A DNA stretch of 64,000 nucleotides, taken from Dermatophilaceae bacterium. GTDB taxonomy: Bacteria > Actinomycetota > Actinomycetes > Actinomycetales > Dermatophilaceae. The stretch spans positions 19,489-83,488 of the forward strand of contig DASSJT010000063.1 in NCBI GenBank assembly GCA_035691065.1, in the 5' to 3' direction. Below, in pieces: positions 56,598-64,000 of this stretch (positions within the stretch are counted from its first letter, which is position 1; the number at the start of each line of letters is the position of its first letter). Below the pieces are notes generated by a model that ran no database searches, had not been told where the DNA came from, and saw only the letters and a list, made by a program, of their open reading frames with translations. The position numbers and the translations under genes are program-made.

Positions 56598-57247
56598 CCT
56601 GCGCCCTCACCCTCGAGTGCTCGCCCTGCGCGCCCACCCTCGCGAGTCCGATGGCGCCCGCTCCCCGTGCCGCCGCCGGGCGTGGTCCACGCCGCAGACC
56701 GCCCGAAGGCTGCCAGGAGGTCGGTCTGGGGGTCGCCAGCATCGTCCGGACGTACCGCCACCGCGCCGCCGGCGCGATACATCTCCTCACGGTCGGCGAA
56801 CCAGGCCGCCACCTCATCGACCAGCTCCGGGTCCATGCGTCGGTCGGCCCCCACTGCCGCCGCGAGGTCCCAGCCGTGGATGAGGTGGTCGGCACAGAGT
56901 TGGCGCGCGTACTCCTCCATGTCCTCCTCGCCGTAGGAAAGGTGCACCCGCCCGCCAGTGGGCAGCAGCGCAGCCGCCGACGAGCCCGCCTCCTCAGCCG
57001 CCTCATGGGCCGATGCCACGGGGTCGTCGCCCAGCGGGTCGCCGTCGAAGCGGTGGCCGGCCTCCGCGATGGTGGCCCCCTCCAGCAGGGGCGCGGTCCA
57101 CCGGTCCTCGGCCACCACGTGGTTGACCAAGTCGCGCACACTCCACTTCGTGCATGGCGTCGGATCCGACCACTGCCCCTCGCCAACCGTGTCCACGCGG
57201 GTCACCCACCAGTCGAGCGTTCGCTGGTACAGCGTGGGAAGGTCCAT
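56594..57247 (-). CDS. mycothiol-dependent maleylpyruvate isomerase N-terminal (DinB-like) domain protein, TIGR03086-like
   Basis: 217 aa: PTPCTKWSVRDLVNHVVAEDRW...LCADHLIHGWDLAAAVG. Confidence 0.75.
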   Translation of the reverse strand: MDLPTLYQRTLDWWVTRVDTVGEGQWSDPTPCTKWSVRDLVNHVVAEDRWTAPLLEGATIAEAGHRFDGDPLGDDPVASAHEAAEEAGSSAAALLPTGGRVHLSYGEEDMEEYARQLCADHLIHGWDLAAAVGADRRMDPELVDEVAAWFADREEMYRAGGAVAVRPDDAGDPQTDLLAAFGRSAAWTTPGGGTGSGRHRTREGGRAGRALEGEGAG

Positions 57248-57269
57248 GGCTGTGCTCCTCTCGGTCGCG

Positions 57270-58124
57270 TCAGGGAAGCTCGCGGCGCGAGCCCGATGTC
57301 AATGCGGCGAGGAGGCCCAACAGCGCAACCACAAGCACGGTGCCGCCGATCAGGCCTTGGCCACCCTGGAACAAGCCCCACGCCACAGGCAGCAGCAGGG
57401 CGTTCCAGACGGCGGTCGGCGTTCCCGGCCATCCCGCGCCGCGCCACCAGGCCACAGCCAGCACAGCCAGCGCGACCGCGAAGATGGCGATGAGCACGAT
57501 CGACATCACCACACGTACCGGGTTGTCGCTCTCCCCCCGTGCGAGGCCAACCGCATAAAAGCCGCAGATGCCCAGGAGCGCCAGCGCTTGAAGACCGGAC
57601 ACGACTGACGCGAGCGTCCTTCCGGCGGTGCGGGGGGTCGACGACCCCTCGGGCGGGCTCGACGTCTGGTCCTGCCTGCCGTCTGGCAGGTTCGACGCCT
57701 GGTCCTGCCTGCCGTCCGGCGGGCTCGACGTCTGGTCCTGCCTGCCGTCCGGCAGGTTCGACGTCTGGTCCTGCCTGCCGTCCGGCGGGTTCGGCGCCTG
57801 GTTCTGCCTGCCGTCCGGCGGGTTCGGCGCCTGGTCCTGCGTGCTCCCCGATGCGTCTCGCCCATTGCCCGGCTTCGCGGTTCCCGGCGTGGCGCGTGGC
57901 GTGGCTCCCCGGGCGGCGCCCCGGGACGTGGCCGCCCCGGCCTTGCGTTCCCTGCTGCGGCGAGGCCGGCTCTGGGGTGAAGTCACGCCAGCAAGAGTAG
58001 CCACGCATGCATTGATCTCCGAGGAGTGGGCACAGGACCCCAATGACTGTTTCCAGCGCACGAACGCGGACCCCCGACGAGCGCGCGAGCCGTGCACCCG
58101 GCATACTGGAGTGGCAGGTTCCAC
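57270..58124 (-). CDS. hypothetical membrane protein with 11-aa tandem repeats
   Basis: C-terminal 4-TM domain (LQALALLGICGFYAVGL...). The N-terminal region is PPDGRQDQTSN x ~5.5. The start is uncertain. Confidence 0.55.
   Translation of the reverse strand: MEPATPVCRVHGSRARRGSAFVRWKQSLGSCAHSSEINACVATLAGVTSPQSRPRRSRERKAGAATSRGAARGATPRATPGTAKPGNGRDASGSTQDQAPNPPDGRQNQAPNPPDGRQDQTSNLPDGRQDQTSSPPDGRQDQASNLPDGRQDQTSSPPEGSSTPRTAGRTLASVVSGLQALALLGICGFYAVGLARGESDNPVRVVMSIVLIAIFAVALAVLAVAWWRGAGWPGTPTAVWNALLLPVAWGLFQGGQGLIGGTVLVVALLGLLAALTSGSRRELP
57650..57850. repeat. 33-bp in-frame tandem repeat, about 6 copies
   Basis: CTGGTCCTGCCTGCCGTC recurs at 57666, 57699, 57732, 57765, 57798 and 57831. Confidence 0.85.
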
Positions 58125-58344
58125 GCCCTGAGACGGATAGGTCCGGGGAACACAAATCGGCGCTGCACCGTTGGCAAGACGGGGCTGGTGCCTAACAATG
58201 GTGCCTGCAACCCGGCAAACCCGTGACGGCCGCCCCCTGCGCCGTTACCATGGCGGTTTGCCTCGCACGATCGCCGCCGCGCCCCAAGCCAGAGGCTCGG
58301 AGCCCGGCGTGCAACCCACGACGCTGACAAGGAGCACGATCCTC

Positions 58345-58593
58345 ATGGACTGGCGCGACCGCGCTGCCTGCCTGGACGAAGACCCGGAGCTGTTCTTCCC
58401 CATCGGAAACACTGGGCCGGCCCTTCTCCAGATCGAAGAGGCGAAGGCTGTGTGCCGCCGCTGTGAGGTCATCGACACCTGCCTGAAGTGGGCCCTGGAG
58501 TCCGGTCAGGACGCCGGCGTGTGGGGAGGTCTGTCCGAGGACGAGCGTCGCGCGCTGAAGCGTCGCAACGCTCGCGCCCGTCGGGCGGGCTGA
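58345..58593 (+). CDS. whiB1: WhiB family transcriptional regulator (WhiB1/WblE-like)
   Basis: 82 aa with an AAGGAG RBS. MDWRDRAACLDEDPELFFP...AKAVCRRCEVIDTCLKWALE...GVWGG, with four conserved Cys. Adjacent to a pdtaS-like gene, as in mycobacteria. Confidence 0.88.
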   Translation: MDWRDRAACLDEDPELFFPIGNTGPALLQIEEAKAVCRRCEVIDTCLKWALESGQDAGVWGGLSEDERRALKRRNARARRAG

Positions 58594-58719
58594 ACCCCGC
58601 GTCTGTGTCTGCAGAATCCGGTCCCTGGGCCGGACGGACGGCAGGGTCGATGGTCTGACACCTGGCCACCGCCGAAGGAGCCGCGCTGGAACCCTTGTTC
58701 CCGCGCGGCTTCTCTGCGT

Positions 58720-58780
58720 CTGCGCAACAGCCTGGGCAACAGCTTGCGCAACAGCCTGGACAACAGCCCTGGGCAACAGG
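58720..58780. repeat. 12-bp tandem repeat x5 (GCGCAACAGCCT-like)
   Basis: CAACAG recurs at 58725, 58737, 58749, 58761 and 58774, in the convergent whiB1/pdtaS spacer. Confidence 0.75.
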
Positions 58781-58814
58781 AGGCCCCGCCTTCAGCGAAG
58801 GGTGACCAGGTCCC

Positions 58815-60320
58815 TCAGTCGGTCACTCCTGCCGGACGGGCGTCCCGCTCCAGCGGCCGCAGCATCGCATTGAACTGCACGCGGGTGCCATGCGGTTTGG
58901 CCGGCTCCCAGCGGATCCGGCCGCGCAGGTCCTGGACGAGCGAGGTGACGATCCTCGTCCCGAGCCCCGCGAGCCCTGGACGGAAGCCGGCCGGCAGCCC
59001 GGCCCCGTTATCGGTGATGGTCACGGTCAGCTGGTCCTCGCCGTCTACGGGCTCTCGATGGGCAGCGATCTCGACCCGGCCACCGTGGTCGCCCAGGCCG
59101 TGCTCGGCGGCGTTCTGCACCAGCTCGGAGATGATCATCGCCAGCGCGGTTGCGTCCTCGGCTCGCATCCGCCCGAACGTGCCGGTCACCGACGACTCGA
59201 TCGTGTGCTCGCTCGTCGCCACCTCGACGACTGCCTTCAGCCCCCGCACCGCGATCTCGTCGAAGTTCACCGTCTCGTCGAACCCCTGGCTGAGCGTCTC
59301 GTGCACGAGGGCGATCGTGCCCACCCGCCGCACCGCCTCCTCCAACGCGTAGCGGCTCTGCCCCTCGGGCATCCGCCGCGCCTGCAGCCGCAGCAGTGCC
59401 GCCACGGTCTGGAGGTTGTTCTTGACCCGGTGGTGGATCTCCCGGATGGTCGCATCCTTCGTGAGCAGCTCGCGCTCCCGGCGCCGCAGCTCCGACACGT
59501 CGCGCAGCAGGATCAGGGCCCCCCGCCGCTGGCCGCGCTCGGTGAGCGGGATGGCGCGCATCGACACACTCGCCATGCGCGAGGCCACTTCCGAACGCCA
59601 GGGCGCTCGGCCGGTGACGACCAGGGCGAGGGACTCATCGACCGGGTCCTCGGCCTTCTCGACCACGTCGGCAACCACCTTGGACAGCACCTCGCCGATC
59701 ACGTCACCGACGTGCCCGAGGCGGTGGATCGCCGACACCGCGTTGGGGCTGGCGTAGACCACGACACCTTCGGTGTCGAGGTGCATGACGCCGTCCCCCA
59801 CCCGCGGCGCCCCGCGCCGGAGCCCGGTCGGCGCCGAGGCATTCGGGAACTCCCCCGCCGCGATCATGGCGGCCAGTGAGTCGCCCAAGGCCCGGTAGGT
59901 GACCTCGAGCCGGCTCGGTGTGCGAGCGCCGCCCAGGTTGGTATGCCGGGTGATCACCGCCAGCGCCCGCCCGTCCTTGACGACAGGGATGGCCTCCTCG
60001 CGCACCGGCACGTTGTCGTCGAAGTCGGCGCCGGAGTCCCGCACGATCGACCTGGTTGCGTAGGCCTCGCTCAGCATCCGCCGTCGGCCGATCCCGCTGC
60101 TCCATCCCACGATGTCCTCGTAGAACACCATCTGGCCGGTGGTCGGGCGCACGTGAGCCACCGATACCCATTCCTCGTCGGACTGCCGTGCCCAGAGCAC
60201 GAGGTCGGCGAATGACAGGTCGGACAGCAGCTGCCAGTCGCCGACCACCAGGTGCAGCCACTCGATCTCTTCTGCAGAGAGGTCTGTGGTGCGCTGGAGC
60301 GAGTCGTTCAGCGTTGCCAC
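58815..60320 (-). CDS. pdtaS: sensor histidine kinase PdtaS-like (GAF-PAS-HisKA_2-HATPase)
   Basis: 501 aa. N-terminus EIEWLHLVVGDWQLLSDLSFADLVLW, H-box IHHRVKNNLQ, and ATPase motifs (ELVQNAAEHG, DNGAGLP). Confidence 0.85.
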   Translation of the reverse strand: MATLNDSLQRTTDLSAEEIEWLHLVVGDWQLLSDLSFADLVLWARQSDEEWVSVAHVRPTTGQMVFYEDIVGWSSGIGRRRMLSEAYATRSIVRDSGADFDDNVPVREEAIPVVKDGRALAVITRHTNLGGARTPSRLEVTYRALGDSLAAMIAAGEFPNASAPTGLRRGAPRVGDGVMHLDTEGVVVYASPNAVSAIHRLGHVGDVIGEVLSKVVADVVEKAEDPVDESLALVVTGRAPWRSEVASRMASVSMRAIPLTERGQRRGALILLRDVSELRRRERELLTKDATIREIHHRVKNNLQTVAALLRLQARRMPEGQSRYALEEAVRRVGTIALVHETLSQGFDETVNFDEIAVRGLKAVVEVATSEHTIESSVTGTFGRMRAEDATALAMIISELVQNAAEHGLGDHGGRVEIAAHREPVDGEDQLTVTITDNGAGLPAGFRPGLAGLGTRIVTSLVQDLRGRIRWEPAKPHGTRVQFNAMLRPLERDARPAGVTD

Positions 60321-60329
60321 GACCGCAGC

Positions 60330-61142
60330 CTATGCGGGCGATCCCAGCAGCTCGACGTGCGGTATCACGAACAGGGCGCCGGGTGCAGTGCCCCAGGCGC
60401 GGAACGCCTCCGCGATCGCCTCGAGGTCATCCGGCGTGGCGAGCCGCCGCTCGACCGCCTGCCGCGCGAAGTCGGAGGCCACGCTGCGCTCAGCCCACGA
60501 CTCGGCCCACCAGGACACCTGATCGGTTGTCGCCCAACACCACGCCGAGGCACTCAGGCGCAGGTCGCGAAGACCCGCCTGCTCGGCCCAAGACCGAAGG
60601 TGCCTCCCGGCATCCGGCTCGGCGTCGTTGCTGCGCGCAACCCGCTGGTAGAGCTGGGCCCACCTGTCGAGGCCGGACAGCCGCGGGTACCACGCCATGG
60701 CCGCATAGTCGGCGTCCCGCGCGGCCACGGTGCCGGCCGGCCGGCATACCCGCGCCATCTCGCGCAGGGCGGCCACCGGGTCGGTGAGGTGCTGGAGCAC
60801 CTGGTGGGCATGGACGACATCGAAGCTGTCGTCGCCAAAGGGCAGGCTTGTGACGTCGCCCAGCGCGAGGGCCGCGCCGTCGATGCCGGCCAAGGTGGCC
60901 CGGGCGGTGTCCAAGGGTGCGGGCACCGCTTCGAGGCCCACGGCGGTGCCGCCCACCGCACGGGCGAGGTCGGCTGTGATCGTGCCCGGTCCGCAGCCCA
61001 CGTCGAGCAGGCGCAGCCCCGGCTTGAGCAACGGCAGGAGGTATGCCGCGGAGTCGCCTGCCGTGCGCCGGGCGTGGCTCCCAAGGACGCTGGCATGGTG
61101 GCCGTGGGTGTAGCGCCCCTTGGCTGGTTCGGATGCCGCCAT
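60330..61142 (-). CDS. class I SAM-dependent methyltransferase
   Basis: 270 aa from the ATG at 61142, with motif I LLDVGCGPGTIT. Confidence 0.8.
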   Translation of the reverse strand: MAASEPAKGRYTHGHHASVLGSHARRTAGDSAAYLLPLLKPGLRLLDVGCGPGTITADLARAVGGTAVGLEAVPAPLDTARATLAGIDGAALALGDVTSLPFGDDSFDVVHAHQVLQHLTDPVAALREMARVCRPAGTVAARDADYAAMAWYPRLSGLDRWAQLYQRVARSNDAEPDAGRHLRSWAEQAGLRDLRLSASAWCWATTDQVSWWAESWAERSVASDFARQAVERRLATPDDLEAIAEAFRAWGTAPGALFVIPHVELLGSPA

Positions 61143-61293
61143 GACCGCAGTCTGCGCCCGTCGGGCCGGAAGGGTCGGGCGCGACCGCATGGCGACCGGC
61201 CCTATGCCGCGAGGTCCCGGCCCTCGGAGCCAGGAGTGACGGACGAGTGTCACCATCGCGGCATTTGCATGAGCAAGCGACGGGTGGGTTTCG

Positions 61294-62013
61294 TCAGCGA
61301 GGCACGACGACGTCGCCGATCCGCACAGTGCCTGCCGTCACCACGTCGGCGTACACGGCGGTGCAGAGGTTGCGCTGATCGGAGATCGTCCGGAGCAGCC
61401 CGTCCACCTCGGCGACCTCGACCTGGGCGAGGTCGACCATGCGGCACCGCTCGATCCGCTCCACGACGCGCAGCACGACCGTGGCAGCATCCAGCGTGGC
61501 GCCGAAGGCGAGCTCGCGGCCGACCCACGACTCCTCGAGGAACGGCTCGTCGGTGTCGACCACGAGGTTGGCGCGGAGGTGGCGCACGTCGAGGGGGGCA
61601 TCGAGCCCGTGCAGGCGGGCGAGCTCGTCGAGCGTCGCCGAGCCCACGAGGCTGACCTGCCCTGCGTCCTGGTGCTGCACATCGCTCTCCGGCGCGACCT
61701 CGACCTCCTCGCCGAAGTGCTCGGAGAGGGCGACATCGGCGCGTCCCTCCCCAGCGCGGACGCGCTCGCCGGAAGGCAGCACGATGTCGATGCCCCCGCC
61801 GTTGGGAAGCGTCTCGGCCGCGAGTGCGAAGACCGGGTCCATGCGGCGGAACCGAGAGGTCATCTTTCCGCTGGCGAGCTTGCCTGCGGCGTCGTAGACC
61901 GCCCACTCCCGGTCGCCGACGAGCCCCCGGGTGTCGAGTGCCACCTCGGTCAGAGACTCACCTCCCATGGACTTGACCGGGAAGCGCCAGATCGCGCTCA
62001 CGGCATAGGTCAT
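61294..62013 (-). CDS. MOSC domain-containing protein
   Basis: 239 aa from the ATG at 62013, overlapping the gdh stop (ATGA). IWRFPVKSMGGESL N-terminal beta-barrel and RANLVV...CRMV MOSC motifs. Confidence 0.8.
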   Translation of the reverse strand: MTYAVSAIWRFPVKSMGGESLTEVALDTRGLVGDREWAVYDAAGKLASGKMTSRFRRMDPVFALAAETLPNGGGIDIVLPSGERVRAGEGRADVALSEHFGEEVEVAPESDVQHQDAGQVSLVGSATLDELARLHGLDAPLDVRHLRANLVVDTDEPFLEESWVGRELAFGATLDAATVVLRVVERIERCRMVDLAQVEVAEVDGLLRTISDQRNLCTAVYADVVTAGTVRIGDVVVPR

Positions 62014-64000
62014 GCCGAGGCCGCTCCGGACCGGACCACCGAGCGCATCGTGCGCAGGGCCACGGAAAGAGCCGCAATGTTGGGCGACTCCAGCCGGTCG
62101 ATCCCGGTGAGGGCGTTCGTGGCCCGCTGGAGGGATTCGCTGTTGGCCTTGGACCACAGCTCGAACCGGTCGGCCGGCTCGCCGCCACCCGGGGTTGTCT
62201 CGATGACGGAACGGGTCAGCGACTCCAGCACGGAGTAGAGGTCGTCGCGCAGGGCGCCTCGCGCGAGGGCGTCCCACCGGTCATCGCGCGGCAGCCTGGT
62301 CACCCGCGTCAGCATGAGGTCGATGCTGAACTTCTCGGAGAGCAGGTAGTAGAGCGGCGCAACGGCGGCCGGCTCCTCGCCGGTGTCGCTGCTGATGTCG
62401 ACGATGTCGAGCAGCGAGAACTGGTCGAGCAGCGTGGCCGCCTGCCTGGTCAGGGCAGCCGGAAGCCCGAGCTTCTCCAGCTCGCGGCACCGGCGCTGGA
62501 AGCGCTTGAGCTCCACGCCTTTGAGCAGCTCGGGGATCTTCGGGCCGAACTCGCGCACCACCCCGCTGAACCGGTCCACCTCGCGGGCGACGTCGAGTCG
62601 CGACGGCCTCGAGGACAGGAACCACCGGGTCGACCGGTCGAGCAGCCGACGGAACTCCAGGTAGGCCTGGGTCTGGGCGGCCGTGGGCACCTGGTTGTCG
62701 AGGGCCTCGATCTCGTGGACGAAGTCGGTGAGGTTGAAGATCTCGCGGCAGACCACGAAGGCGCGGGCAACCTGCTCCGGAGTGGCGCCAGTCTCCTCGA
62801 TCGCCCGGAACGCAAACGTGATCCCGCCGCGGTTGACCACCGAGTTGGCGACCGCGTTGGTGATGATCTCGCGCCTCAGTGGGTGGGCCTCGAGGCGCTC
62901 CCGGAACTGCTCCCGCACGGGGCCGGGGAAGTAGTCGACGAGGGTCCTCTGGAACCACGGTTCGTCGGGCAGCTCCGACGGGAGCAGGTCGTCCTTCAGC
63001 GCGAGTTTTGCGTAGGCCACCAGCACGGAGAACTCGGGCGACTTCAGGCCGAGGCCCGCCCGCTGCCGCTGCTCGATCTCGAAGTCGTTCGGCAGGAACT
63101 CCAGAGCCCGGTCGAGGTCGCCTCGCTCCTCCAGGGAGTGGATCAGCCGCTGGTGCACGGGCAGCATCGCGTTTTCCTGGGCTCGCGCGTTGCCGAGCAG
63201 GACGTTCTGCTCGTAGTTGTCGCGCAGCACCTGTGCGGCCACCTCATCGGTCATCGAGGCCAGCACTTTGTTGCGCTGCTTGATCGTCATGTCGCCCTCG
63301 CGGACCAGGTCGTTGAGGAGGATCTTGATGTTGACCTCATGGTCGGAGGTGTCCACCCCGGCCGAGTTGTCGATGGCGTCGGTGTTGACCCTGACGCCGT
63401 TGAGCGCCGCCTCGATGCGGCCCAGCTGGGACAGGCCCAGGTTGCCGCCCTCGCCGACGACCTTGACGCGCAGGTCACTCCCATCGACGCGGATGGCGTC
63501 GTTGGCCCGGTCGCCCACGGCCGAGGAGTCCTCGGTCGACGCCTTGACATACGTGCCGATGCCGCCGTTCCAGAGCAGGTCGACCGGCGCCAGGAGGATG
63601 GCCTTCATCAGCTCGGCGGGAGTCATGCGCTCGGCGTCCTTGGGGAGGTCGAGTGCCTCGGCCATCTGGGGGCTGATCGGGATCGACTTCAGCGATCGGC
63701 CGAAGACGCCGCCGCCCTCGCTGACGAGCGAGGTGTCGTAGTCGGCCCAGGACGAGCGCGGGAGCTCGAACAGCCGCTTGCGCTCGGCGAACGAGGTGCT
63801 CGCCGAGGGGTTGGGGTCGATGAAGATGTGGCGGTGGTCGAACGCCGCGAGCAGTCGGATGTGCTCCGACAGGAGCATGCCGTTGCCGAAGACGTCACCG
63901 CTCATGTCGCCGATCCCGACAACCGTGAAGTCCTCGCTCTGGGTGTCGACGCCCATCTCGCGGAAGTGGCGCTTGACCGACTCCCAGGCACCTCGGGCGG
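62010..64000 (-). CDS. gdh: NAD-specific glutamate dehydrogenase, large (~180 kDa) type, C-terminal part (5' end outside the window)
   Basis: VVGIGDMSGDVFGNGMLLSEHIRLLAAFDHRHIFIDPNP and a long helical C-terminal domain. The frame is open to the window edge. Confidence 0.88.
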   Translation of the reverse strand, partial: ARGAWESVKRHFREMGVDTQSEDFTVVGIGDMSGDVFGNGMLLSEHIRLLAAFDHRHIFIDPNPSASTSFAERKRLFELPRSSWADYDTSLVSEGGGVFGRSLKSIPISPQMAEALDLPKDAERMTPAELMKAILLAPVDLLWNGGIGTYVKASTEDSSAVGDRANDAIRVDGSDLRVKVVGEGGNLGLSQLGRIEAALNGVRVNTDAIDNSAGVDTSDHEVNIKILLNDLVREGDMTIKQRNKVLASMTDEVAAQVLRDNYEQNVLLGNARAQENAMLPVHQRLIHSLEERGDLDRALEFLPNDFEIEQRQRAGLGLKSPEFSVLVAYAKLALKDDLLPSELPDEPWFQRTLVDYFPGPVREQFRERLEAHPLRREIITNAVANSVVNRGGITFAFRAIEETGATPEQVARAFVVCREIFNLTDFVHEIEALDNQVPTAAQTQAYLEFRRLLDRSTRWFLSSRPSRLDVAREVDRFSGVVREFGPKIPELLKGVELKRFQRRCRELEKLGLPAALTRQAATLLDQFSLLDIVDISSDTGEEPAAVAPLYYLLSEKFSIDLMLTRVTRLPRDDRWDALARGALRDDLYSVLESLTRSVIETTPGGGEPADRFELWSKANSESLQRATNALTGIDRLESPNIAALSVALRTMRSVVRSGAASA

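Overview
This is a very GC-rich (about 70% by eye, not computed), gene-dense actinobacterial chromosomal segment. I saw no prophage, IS element, CRISPR array or tRNA. Left to right it holds: tyrosine catabolism genes (fahA, hppD, an Lrp/AsnC regulator); an SF2 helicase with DUF3039; YqgE/AlgH; a DEAD-box RNA helicase; malic enzyme; small redox and regulatory genes (SIMPL, thioredoxin, MarR, NpdG-like); tmRNA (ssrA); pyruvate carboxylase; CsbD; DUF2207; and the conserved prfB-ftsE-ftsX-M23 peptidase-smpB block. Next come a PIG-L deacetylase with an M20 deacylase, a decayed spot with two gene fragments, an AI-2E transporter and a secreted hydrolase. After those are an M64-like metallopeptidase without a signal peptide, fused to a 7-blade FG-GAP propeller with an unknown partner; rhodanese with a membrane protein; an FAD monooxygenase; a BNR/sialidase-like protein; and GlpQ. 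The right end has an actinobacterial Tad/Flp pilus operon (tadA-tadB-tadC-flp-3x tadE/G-like), a divergent 1479-aa FHA plus triple-P-loop EssC/FtsK-like ATPase, WhiB1-like, PdtaS-like, two methyltransferases, a MOSC protein and the 3' part of the large NAD-glutamate dehydrogenase. The most unusual signal is at the DNA-word level. The non-palindromic octamer CGGCATAC/GTATGCCG occurs about 43 times, against roughly 2-3 expected from composition. It is orientation-balanced, concentrated in intergenic hairpins, and written into CDSs in all three frames using otherwise disfavoured codons (GCA, TAT, ATA, GTA, CAT). Two 58-59 bp REP-like hairpin elements are bounded by inverted copies of it. The window also holds many short tandem repeats, both intergenic and in-frame inside genes. 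All family calls rest on motifs recognised by eye; no searches were run.
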